DNA of 64,000 nucleotides from an uncultured Acidobacteriaceae bacterium. Lineage in GTDB: Bacteria; Acidobacteriota; Terriglobia; Acidiferrales; UBA7541. The stretch is from the NCBI GenBank assembly GCA_964533185.1, contig CAZHLD010000002.1:59791-123790 (forward strand), written 5' to 3'. Under the pieces are notes generated by a model, which made no database searches, had not been told where the DNA came from, and saw only the letters and a list, made by a program, of their open reading frames with translations. The position numbers and the translations under genes are program-made. Each line of letters begins with the position of its first letter. Positions within the stretch are counted from its first letter, which is position 1. This document shows, one piece after another, positions 1-8,256 of this stretch.

Positions 1-119
1 GTCTTCGTGGAAACAGAGATTGTGCCCTCTGTGCCCGGAAGCGCTGGTCGTCACGATTCCTGAATTCACTGCAGATTGAAATGGGGTTGTTCATCGTCAG
101 CAATGCGTTTCCAGAGGAG

Positions 120-277
120 CAACGCGGCGACAGGAATGCCGCTATCATGCATCCAGCTTCCATGAGGAAGTGCTTCCATGAACTCCGCTCGCACGAAGCA
201 AGAACCACAATTCCGAGCGCTATCCAGGCACAGGTTGCGACAAAGCGCAGCATTGTGCTTCCGAAGATAAGATCTTA
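120..277 (-). pseudogene. Degenerate C-terminal remnant of a DUF1761-like membrane protein (tandem paralogue of the gene at 369-776)
   Basis: Own minus-strand translation gives ...MLRFVATCAWIALGIVVLASCERSSWKHFLMEAGCMIAAFL..., parallel to ...GFGWVALGIAIIALFERRSWKYIFINAGYMTVAFVL... of the neighbouring gene. An in-frame TAA at 275-277 lies just upstream and leaves no room for an N-terminal half. Not in the ORF track. Confidence 0.4.
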
Positions 278-368
278 GTGCGCCGCACCCCGGCCCGGTC
301 AGCACAGAGATTTGTCCCCCCGGAAGGTCGTTGACCTCGCTGTCCTCAGCTACATCAGCGACCCTGTC

Positions 369-776
369 TTATCGCCAGGCGCCTAAGATGAGTCCCATAA
401 GAACGAATGCGACGGTCATGTATCCGGCGTTGATGAAGATGTACTTCCACGACCTACGCTCGAATAAAGCAATGATTGCAATTCCGAGCGCTACCCAGCC
501 AAAGCCTGCAAGAAAGCCTGCCGTCGCTCCCCAGGCGGCCGTTGTTTTTGGTTCGGCGAGGTACATCGCCAAATTCACCGACATGAGCAGGGAAAATACG
601 GCGGAGAATCCAAAGATCTTGGCCATGTTCCCCTTGGCGAGCTCGGCCTCGGTCAGGCCGTTAGCCGACATCCAAGCACGGCCAAACAAAATGGGTGAGT
701 ACCAGAGTCCGCCCAAGGCGAATGTCGACAGCGCCGCCACGATCACCGCGAGCCAGTTCACATGTTCCGTAGGCAT
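369..776 (-). CDS. DUF1761-family integral membrane protein
   Basis: 135-aa ORF. The N-terminus VNWLAVIVAALSTFALGGLWYSPILFGRAWM matches the DUF1761 signature as I recall it. Several hydrophobic helices. Confidence 0.6.
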   Translation of the reverse strand: MPTEHVNWLAVIVAALSTFALGGLWYSPILFGRAWMSANGLTEAELAKGNMAKIFGFSAVFSLLMSVNLAMYLAEPKTTAAWGATAGFLAGFGWVALGIAIIALFERRSWKYIFINAGYMTVAFVLMGLILGAWR

Positions 777-830
777 CTGCTTCCCCTTGTGTTGAATTAG
801 CCATCTTCCGTCATTTTTTTACTTTTTCGC

Positions 831-1489
831 TTAGAGTTTGGGATGGCTGATTGTGCCAATCCAAGGCCCCTTCACGAATCTCTCCTGCAATGCCTTCAGC
901 GTGTAGGCGTTGCCCCAATCGAAGTGCTTGTAGACTTGATCCCACTCCGCTCCGTTGCCCCATCCCATCATGGAGAGAATGATCTTCACCTTTCGGTTGC
1001 CACCTTTTCGAATTCTACGACCGCAAAGAGTGTGCCCGCCTCGCGTGGTCCGGCTGGAAACTTGTCAGTCAGCCCTATTTTGAAAGCGACCATCTTCAGC
1101 GGAACATATGCGAGCACGGTGTTGTAGATGGTACCTGGATCGCCCACCTTGCTACCGACCTGGTAATTGGAGTGGAACTTGCCTCCAGTCTTTAGTTCGA
1201 AGTCGACGACCGGAGCCGCGAAGGTCCGTAGGCCTTCCGTCGTGGTGAAGGCGGCCCAGGCTTGTTCTAGAGTGGCGTCCACATTCGCTTCGTGGTGTAG
1301 GACGCGCTCACCTGTGGATTCAAACGACGTATTCTGTACGCTGGGGACTGCTTTATTCACCTCAGATGGGTTCCGCAGCTTTGCCTCAACGGCGCGTTTC
1401 TCGCCAGCCTCCGGTGGCGACTTCTGTTGAGCGGAAAGCACACTGCTGGAGAAAACTAAAACAACCACAACTACCCAGTTCTTCTTCAT
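831..1489 (-). pseudogene. Secreted SRPBCC/AHSA1-like protein interrupted by a 1-nt frameshift (or a sequencing error)
   Basis: ORF 986-1489 has a signal peptide plus an SRPBCC-like core and ends ...VVEFEKVATER*. The next frame continues VKIILSMMGWGNGAEWDQVYKHFDWGNAYTLKALQERFVKGPW...* to TAA 831-833, which is the expected C-terminal part of the fold. The shift maps to the A3 run around 989-995. Confidence 0.55.
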
Positions 1490-2136
1490 TTTGCCCTCCG
1501 TGGGTCCGATCCGTTGCCAATACGTTTGCGCTCGCCGGTGGGCATAGCCAACATCTGAAAGTACTGGCGCAGCTCCTCCACGGCCAGGTCAAACGGCTCC
1601 ACGCTTCGGTATGACCGCGACTGCATCACTCCGCCTTCCATCACCGTCAGCACAAATCGTGACAACCGCCGGGTCTGAACCTGCTTGGCGATCTTGCCTT
1701 GCTCCCGAGCCTCCATCAGGCACTGCTCTACGGCACCAGCCCAGCCCTCAAAATTTGCTGCAATCTTCCGGTGAGCCTCCTCATAGGTGGGCTCGATCTC
1801 CAGAGCCAGCCGTCCAATGGGACAGCCGTACGTGCAGTTGCTCGCCACGATCAACTCGCGATACTTGGCCAAAAGAAGAAAAATCCGCTCGAAGGGGTCC
1901 TCAGTCTTCTTCCATATCGGTTCCAACAGCACCGGAAAAAGCATTTCCTCGTAACGCTGCAACACCGCCACCAGTAGGTCTTCCTTACTGCGGAAGAAGT
2001 AATAGAAGCTTCCGCTGTTGGCTTGCGCTCGTGCCAAGAGCTCTGACATGCCACAGGCCGCGTAGCCCTTCTCCTGAAACAAATCTAAAGCCGCTTGCAA
2101 AAGTCGTTCACGTGTTTGTACAATTGCCTTCGCCAT
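1486..2136 (-). CDS. TetR/AcrR-family transcriptional regulator
   Basis: The N-terminal HTH pattern RERLLQAALDLFQEKGYAACGMSELLARAQANSGSFYYFF is typical of TetR. Its stop overlaps the downstream SRPBCC start (ATGA at 1486-1489). Confidence 0.8.
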   Translation of the reverse strand: MAKAIVQTRERLLQAALDLFQEKGYAACGMSELLARAQANSGSFYYFFRSKEDLLVAVLQRYEEMLFPVLLEPIWKKTEDPFERIFLLLAKYRELIVASNCTYGCPIGRLALEIEPTYEEAHRKIAANFEGWAGAVEQCLMEAREQGKIAKQVQTRRLSRFVLTVMEGGVMQSRSYRSVEPFDLAVEELRQYFQMLAMPTGERKRIGNGSDPRRAK

Positions 2137-2341
2137 GTTTGTTGAATGACCAAGTAAATCTCATTGGGCTGCGCGTGTCAAGGCAAAAAATGAACGACCA
2201 TGCGGATGGCCGGCGCGCCGGCTGGCACTCCCACTGGCTCGATCCGCTAGTTTGTGATTCCGCGAATCGAGATTATGACGGGGTGCGATCAGGTGAGGCA
2301 ACGAGACATTCAGGAACCGGAAGTCACAAAAGGAGTGACGC

Positions 2342-2787
2342 ATGACGGACGATCGAATGGGTGGCATCGCCTTAATCGCCGGGACGGCCGGTAGCATTGC
2401 AACCATGATTCTGCACCCTTCAGGCCATAACCTGTTCGCACCGGGGCAGCTCGAGCCCATGGTTCGACTGGGGGTCATTGCGCACACGCTCGGGATTGCG
2501 AGTATGCCGATCTCAACTTCCTCGGCGCGTTCGCGCTTTCGCGGAGGCTGGCATCGCCCGACCGGCTCGCGCTTGCCGCGCTGGTGATGTACGGCTTCGC
2601 ACTGGCAGCGGGAGTGATCGCTCCGGTTGTGGACGGCTTAGTCGTCCCCGGGCTTGCGCGGCGGCGGGTATGGCAGTGTAGATACCCTGAAGATCCTCCC
2701 TTCCATTGTGCGCAACGCCTGTGGACGGCCCTGATCCAGATTGTTCCCCGCAAACCAATTCTCTATACTCGACTTCTAAGAAGTTGA
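2342..2787 (+). pseudogene. Frameshifted and probably truncated small membrane protein of unknown family
   Basis: ORF 2342-2587 reads ...LGVIAHTLGIASMPI. The hydrophobic sequence then continues in another frame: NFLGAFALSRRLASPDRLALAALVMYGFALAAGVIAPVVDGLVVPGLARR (the frame of ORF 2584-2787). The frame change lies near 2508-2515. Confidence 0.45.
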
Positions 2788-2842
2788 GTCCACTTGTTCA
2801 CCTTCCGGGTTTGACCCGGAACGTGTCGAGATCGCAACTCGA

Positions 2843-5104
2843 ATGCGAATCACAGACGCTGCTCGCTATGCCCGCTGGTCGGCGCTGGCCGCCATTCTCC
2901 TAGCCGCGGTGGTCGCAGGCGTTTACTCCCATCGCGCCTGGAAGGCCTACCAGGCGAAACAGAATGCCCCGCCGCCCGTCCCCATTGCGGTGCAGCAGCA
3001 GTCGGCGCAGTTCACCTTTTCAAAGGTGGAAAAAGACCGCACTTTGTTCACCGTCCGCGCCTCCCGCGCCACCGAATTCAAGGGTGGGCAGAAGAGTCTT
3101 CTCGAGGACGTCTGGATCACCGTCTTCGGCTCTCGGGAGCAACGCTTCGATAATCTCCACACTCGGGCGTGCGACTACGGCCCCGATACCGGTCTGATTG
3201 TATGCACAGGCGAGGTGCGGATTGACCTGGAGAGCGCCGAGGAGGCGCGCGAACTCCCGGGCGAACGCGTGATCCAGGTCTCCACCACGCAGGTCTCGTT
3301 CGACAGCAAGACGGGTGAGGCTCGGACGGACCAGGCGATTGCCTTCCGCACTCCGGATGGAGAAGGGCGGGCCGTCGGCCTGACTTACAGTACGAGGCAA
3401 GGTGTCGTCCGGCTGCTCAGCGATGTTCGGTTGACCCTCACTTCGCCGCTTCCCGGCCGACAAACCAACGGAACCGTTGAGCCTTTGATCCTGACAAGCA
3501 GCAGCCTCGAGTTTCGCCGCAGCGACCTGACCATCCGTCTCCATGCACCCGTGGCTGCGCGTCAGAACAGCAAGTCTTTGCAGGCCGGGGAGCTTGCCAT
3601 TGAGATGGACCGCCACCTCCGTGCGCGGCGTGTTGTGGCCGATGGTGCCCCACGGCTTCGTTCGGCGGAATCCGACGGCACGTTTGAGTTGACCGCGGAA
3701 AAACTGACCGCGGCCTTCGGTCCGACTGGTCTATTGGATGGCATGACCGCCGAAGGGCGGGTGCGCGGCTCATATCGTCCTGCCGCACCAGCGAACAGCA
3801 AGGACGAAGCCCGACTGGCAGCGGATCGCGCGGAACTGGAGATGCAGCCGGGCCGAGGCATCGGGCGTTCCGTGCTCCTCAGCGGAAACGTCTTGGTGGA
3901 ACGGGAGCGAAAAGAGGACGCGCAGCGGCTCGAGACGTCTCAGCTAGAACTGGTCTTTTCCGCGGCGAGCACGCCGCAATCCTGGCAGTTGGAGCGCGGG
4001 GAGATGCCCGCTTCAGCGCTCATCCTCTGGAAAAACGCGACGCAGTCAACGCAAGTCGATGCGCAGCGGCTGACCACCTTTTTCGGCGCACGGGGCCAAG
4101 TCCGCGAGCTGCGTGGACAATCCGGCGTCGAGGTCCAGCGCCGAGTTGCAGGGGGCCCGGAGCTGCAATCCAACTCGCGGGAGCTCCTCGTGCGCTTTGG
4201 CCCGCGCGGGGAATGGTCCGACATGGAACAGACCGGCAGCGTTCGCGTGCGTCACGGCGACCGGACCGCGCAGGCCGAGCGTTCCCGCATCGTCCGGGCT
4301 ACCGACACGGCCACGCTGGATGGTTCGGTGGTGCTGTCGGATCCGGAGGCCCGAACGACGGCTCGCAATACGTCCTTGAATCAGCGCACGGGTGAAGTCC
4401 GCGCCGAAGGCGACGTTCGCACCACCTATCTGCGGGTTGATGCGGGCGGCGCCCTCAACCTCGGGCCGCAGCCGGCGCACCTTTCCTCGGATCGTCTGCT
4501 CGGCAATATGAACGCGGGCCGTGCCATCTACTCCGGCCGCGTCCGCCTCTGGCAGGGCGATGCCACAATAGAGGCCGAAACGATCGAGCTTCTCCGGCAG
4601 GGAACGCAGCAAGGCCAGTTGATTGCCCGCGGAAACGTCCTAGCCGTCTTTCCGCAGGCGGCGGGACCGGCAGGCTCGCGGGGCCGGCCTGCGGGGCCGA
4701 ACCTGATGCGCGTTCGTGCCGGCTCACTCACCTATTCGAGTGTGGACCGCCGGGCGCGACTCGAACAGGGCGTCAACGCACAATCCTTACAGGGTCAAAT
4801 CAGCGCCGGAACAGTGGACTTGTTTTTCGCCGCGGGGGGCAACGGTGTGCAGCAAATCTCCCGGGCCCTGGCGACCGGGAACGTAGTCGTCCGCCAGGGC
4901 GATCGCCGGGGCACCTCGGAGCAGGCCGAGTACTCTGCCGCCGAAGGAAAATTCGTTCTCTTCGGAGGCCGGCCGACGCTTTATGATGCCTCTCGCGGCA
5001 CAACCACGGGCCGTCAATTGACCTTCTTTTTTGCGGATGATACGATTGTGATCGATTCGGAACAGGGAACGCGTACGCTGACCAGACATCGGGTTGAGAA
5101 ATGA
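2843..5104 (+). CDS. Membrane-anchored LptC/LptA (OstA-like) multi-domain LPS-transport protein
   Basis: 753 aa with an N-terminal TM (WSALAAILLAAVVAGVY). An LptC-like start (FTFSKVEKDRTLFTVRASRATEF...) is followed by repeated OstA/LptA-like segments, ending GNVVVRQGDRRGTSEQAEYSAAEGKFVLFGGRPTLYD...GRQLTFF. It lies directly upstream of lptB-rpoN. Confidence 0.6.
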   Translation: MRITDAARYARWSALAAILLAAVVAGVYSHRAWKAYQAKQNAPPPVPIAVQQQSAQFTFSKVEKDRTLFTVRASRATEFKGGQKSLLEDVWITVFGSREQRFDNLHTRACDYGPDTGLIVCTGEVRIDLESAEEARELPGERVIQVSTTQVSFDSKTGEARTDQAIAFRTPDGEGRAVGLTYSTRQGVVRLLSDVRLTLTSPLPGRQTNGTVEPLILTSSSLEFRRSDLTIRLHAPVAARQNSKSLQAGELAIEMDRHLRARRVVADGAPRLRSAESDGTFELTAEKLTAAFGPTGLLDGMTAEGRVRGSYRPAAPANSKDEARLAADRAELEMQPGRGIGRSVLLSGNVLVERERKEDAQRLETSQLELVFSAASTPQSWQLERGEMPASALILWKNATQSTQVDAQRLTTFFGARGQVRELRGQSGVEVQRRVAGGPELQSNSRELLVRFGPRGEWSDMEQTGSVRVRHGDRTAQAERSRIVRATDTATLDGSVVLSDPEARTTARNTSLNQRTGEVRAEGDVRTTYLRVDAGGALNLGPQPAHLSSDRLLGNMNAGRAIYSGRVRLWQGDATIEAETIELLRQGTQQGQLIARGNVLAVFPQAAGPAGSRGRPAGPNLMRVRAGSLTYSSVDRRARLEQGVNAQSLQGQISAGTVDLFFAAGGNGVQQISRALATGNVVVRQGDRRGTSEQAEYSAAEGKFVLFGGRPTLYDASRGTTTGRQLTFFFADDTIVIDSEQGTRTLTRHRVEK

Positions 5105-5110
5105 TGCCGT

Positions 5111-5836
5111 ATGCAAATGCTCCAGGCCGTCGAACTCAGCAAGACGTATCGAGGGCGCAAGGTAGTTGATGAGGTTGACCTGGCAATCGGACAAGGGGAA
5201 GTGGTTGGGCTCCTGGGGCCGAACGGTGCCGGCAAGACGACCACCTTCTACATCCTCGTAGGCCTCGCCCGGCCCGACGCCGGCCGCGTGCTCCTGGCCG
5301 GAGACGACATCACAGACCTTCCCATGTACCTCCGGGCCCGCAGCGGGATCAGCTACCTTCCCCAGGAACCTTCGGTTTTTCGCCAACTGACGGTCGAAGA
5401 GAATCTGCTGGCTGTGTTGGAGACACTCACATTGACACCGGAACAGCAGCGCGATCGCCTCGAGGAGCTGCTGGCGCAGATGAGTCTGGAAACAGTTCGC
5501 TACAACCGGGCCTTCACGCTCTCCGGCGGTGAGCGCCGCCGGCTGGAGATTGCCCGGTCGCTCGTCTTGGAGCCGTCGTTTGTCCTGCTCGACGAGCCCT
5601 TCTCCGGCATCGACCCGCTCACGGTGGTGGACATCCAGAAGATCATCGCCGACCTTTCTGCGGCGGGCATCGGCGTGCTCGTTACCGATCACAACGTACG
5701 GGAAACGCTGCGCGTCACCCACCGGGCCTACATCATCAATGAAGGCAGGATCTTCCGCTCAGGCACGCCGGCGGAGCTCAGCGCCGACCCGGATGTGCGC
5801 CGAGTCTATCTGGGGGACCACTTCCACTTGAACTGA
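5111..5836 (+). CDS. lptB: LPS export ABC transporter ATP-binding protein LptB
   Basis: Walker [10 protein letters not shown], signature [13 protein letters not shown], Walker B LLDEPF. Classical position between the lptC/A-like gene and rpoN. Confidence 0.9.
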   Translation: MQMLQAVELSKTYRGRKVVDEVDLAIGQGEVVGLLGPNGAGKTTTFYILVGLARPDAGRVLLAGDDITDLPMYLRARSGISYLPQEPSVFRQLTVEENLLAVLETLTLTPEQQRDRLEELLAQMSLETVRYNRAFTLSGGERRRLEIARSLVLEPSFVLLDEPFSGIDPLTVVDIQKIIADLSAAGIGVLVTDHNVRETLRVTHRAYIINEGRIFRSGTPAELSADPDVRRVYLGDHFHLN

Positions 5837-5841
5837 CTGCC

Positions 5842-7287
5842 ATGAGCTGGCTCCAGCCCAAACTCAGCCTTAAGGTCGCGCAGAAGCAGATCCTCACGCC
5901 CGGCCTCGTTCAGATGGTCAGCGTGCTCGCGCTCAACCGGCTCGAGCTGCGCGCGATGATCAACCAGGAAATGGTTGCCAATCCGGTGCTCGAGGAACTC
6001 ACGGAAGATGGCGCCCTGGCCGAGAATTACAGCGACGAGAATTTCCTCAAGCAGGAAACCGAAAAGGTGCCGGAAACGGAAGCCGCCAACCCCTTCGATG
6101 AGTTTGATCTCAACTCCTTCTTCAACCAGTATCTCGATAGCGGAAGTGGAAACAGCGACGAACGACGCGAGCGCGAGGAAATCGAGCGCCCCTCATTTGA
6201 AAAGTTCCTGTCCTCTCCGCAGGGCCTGACCGAGCACCTCACCTGGCAACTGAGCGTCACGATCTGCAGCGAAACGGTGCGCGAGATTGCCGACGTGGTG
6301 ATTGGCAATCTGGATGAAAACGGCTCCCTGACGACTTCACTCGAGGAAATCGCACAGCAGGGCAATTTCTCGATGGAGGACGTCGAGGAAGCGCTGGCCG
6401 TGGTCCAGGAGTTCGATCCGCTGGGCGTGGCCGCGCGCGACATCCGCGAGTGCCTGCTGATCCAGTTGCGCTCCTTCGACGCGCAGAACACGCTGGCGCA
6501 GCAAATCGTCTCGGACCACCTGAAGCAATTGCAGTCCAACCAGTTGAAGGAAATTGCCCGGACGCTCAACCGTCCGATCGAGCTGGTCAAGCGCGCCGTA
6601 GAGGTGATCAAGAAGCTCGACCCGCGCCCCGGCCTGCGCTACAACAAGTCCGAGCCGCGGCTGGTCGAGCCCGACGTTTATTTTCGCAAGGTAGATGACG
6701 AATGGCAGGTGTTTATGAACGAAGACGACCTGCCCCAGCTCCGCCTCAGCCCCACCTACCGCCGCCTGCTGGCGCGGGATGCCGCTGACCGCGAAGTGCG
6801 CAACTACGTCAAGGAACGCTTCAGCGCCGCCATCCAGCTGATGAAAAACATTGAGCAGCGCAAACACACCATCCTGCGGGTTTGTCAAGCCGTCATTCGC
6901 CGCCAGCGGGATTTTCTGGACTTCGGCGCCGACCATCTGAAGCCAATGATGATCAAAGAAGTCGCGGAAGAGGTCGGCGTACATCCCTCCACGGTCAGCC
7001 GCGCCGTGGCCAGCAAGTACGCGCATATGCCCCAGGGAGTGATCGAGCTGCGCGCCTTCTTCTCCGAGTCGGTGAATGGCCCGGAGGGCGGTGCGATGTC
7101 GCTTCAAACCCTGAAGCGGGTAGTGAAAAAAATGATCGAGGAAGAGGATCCTTCGCACCCACTGACGGACGAGCACATCGCCAAGAAGCTCGATGAAGGC
7201 GGCATCCGGGTCACCCGTCGCACGGTGGCCAAATATCGCGAAGACTTGCGCATTCCCAGCACCCACCAACGCCGGGTCAAGGCGTAA
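5842..7287 (+). CDS. rpoN: RNA polymerase sigma-54 factor
   Basis: 481 aa with an acidic linker region and a C-terminal RpoN box (TRRTVAKYREDL). Synteny with lptB. Confidence 0.95.
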   Translation: MSWLQPKLSLKVAQKQILTPGLVQMVSVLALNRLELRAMINQEMVANPVLEELTEDGALAENYSDENFLKQETEKVPETEAANPFDEFDLNSFFNQYLDSGSGNSDERREREEIERPSFEKFLSSPQGLTEHLTWQLSVTICSETVREIADVVIGNLDENGSLTTSLEEIAQQGNFSMEDVEEALAVVQEFDPLGVAARDIRECLLIQLRSFDAQNTLAQQIVSDHLKQLQSNQLKEIARTLNRPIELVKRAVEVIKKLDPRPGLRYNKSEPRLVEPDVYFRKVDDEWQVFMNEDDLPQLRLSPTYRRLLARDAADREVRNYVKERFSAAIQLMKNIEQRKHTILRVCQAVIRRQRDFLDFGADHLKPMMIKEVAEEVGVHPSTVSRAVASKYAHMPQGVIELRAFFSESVNGPEGGAMSLQTLKRVVKKMIEEEDPSHPLTDEHIAKKLDEGGIRVTRRTVAKYREDLRIPSTHQRRVKA

Positions 7288-8175
7288 GTGCGCCAGGCCG
7301 TGAAGCGCCGACCGCACCCCGGCTCCCGGCAACTGGTGATCCTCACAGGCCTGAGTGGCTCCGGCAAAAGCACCGTCCTGAAGACCTTCGAAGACCTCGG
7401 TTTTTACTGCGTCGATAACCTGCCCGTGGACTTGATCCCGATCTTTAGCGAGCTGCATATGCAGGCCGGTGGTGAGATCGAGCGCGCCGCTCTGCTCGTG
7501 GACGCGCGGGAAGGGGATCAGCTCACACGACTTCCCGCGATTTACCGCCGGATCTGTCGCGAGCAACCGGTCACGCTGGTCTTCATGGACTCGACCGACG
7601 AGGCACTGGTCCGCCGCTTCAGCGAGACACGCCGCCCGCATCCGTTCGGCCGCGACCTTTCCGTTTTCGAGAGTCTGCGTCGCGAGCGCGCCTTGATGAC
7701 TCCAATCCGCAAGCTGGCCGACGTAGTGATCGACACAACCAAATTCAATGTCCATGAGTTGCGCCAGTTCATCGCCCAGAAGTTCCAAAAGACCAGCCCG
7801 CGGCCTCTGCTTGTTTCCCTGGTGAGTTTCGGGTATCGCTATGGTCTGCCGACGGATGCGGATCTGGTCTTCGATGTCCGGTTCCTGCCCAATCCGCATT
7901 TTGTCCCGCAATTGCGGAGCTACTCGGGCAAGGACCAGCGCGTGGCGCGTTATATCCGCTCGTTTCCTCAGACCGGCGAATTCTTGCGGCGCATCGAGGG
8001 GCTGCTGGCCTATCTGATTCCGCACTATATCCGGGAAGGGAAAAGCTATCTCACCATCGCCATTGGTTGTACCGGGGGGCGGCACCGCTCGGTGATGCTG
8101 GCCCAGGCCATCTCCCGAGCGCTCACGCGGCGTGGGTATACCGCCAAAGTTGTGCACCGGGATATCGATCACTAG
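7288..8175 (+). CDS. rapZ: RNase adapter / nucleotide-binding protein RapZ
   Basis: Walker A GLSGSGKST and the C-terminal motif IGCTGGRHRSV. The GTG start immediately follows the rpoN stop. Confidence 0.9.
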   Translation: MRQAVKRRPHPGSRQLVILTGLSGSGKSTVLKTFEDLGFYCVDNLPVDLIPIFSELHMQAGGEIERAALLVDAREGDQLTRLPAIYRRICREQPVTLVFMDSTDEALVRRFSETRRPHPFGRDLSVFESLRRERALMTPIRKLADVVIDTTKFNVHELRQFIAQKFQKTSPRPLLVSLVSFGYRYGLPTDADLVFDVRFLPNPHFVPQLRSYSGKDQRVARYIRSFPQTGEFLRRIEGLLAYLIPHYIREGKSYLTIAIGCTGGRHRSVMLAQAISRALTRRGYTAKVVHRDIDH

Positions 8176-8256
8176 GCGGCTTGACTTTTCCGGCGCCCAT
8201 TCGTAGCGTAGCCGTTTTGCATCGTCGGTTGGAAAGACGGCGGGGACATCCTGGAT

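Noticed and set aside
4787-5722. 311-aa minus-strand ORF over lptB
   Set aside because: It is antisense to lptB, which has full ABC motifs.
6337-8172. 611-aa minus-strand ORF spanning rpoN and rapZ
   Set aside because: It lies antisense to two genes with unmistakable motifs. Its composition is Arg/Gly/Leu/Ala-rich, typical of spurious long ORFs on the opposite strand of GC-rich coding DNA, and it has no recognisable domain.
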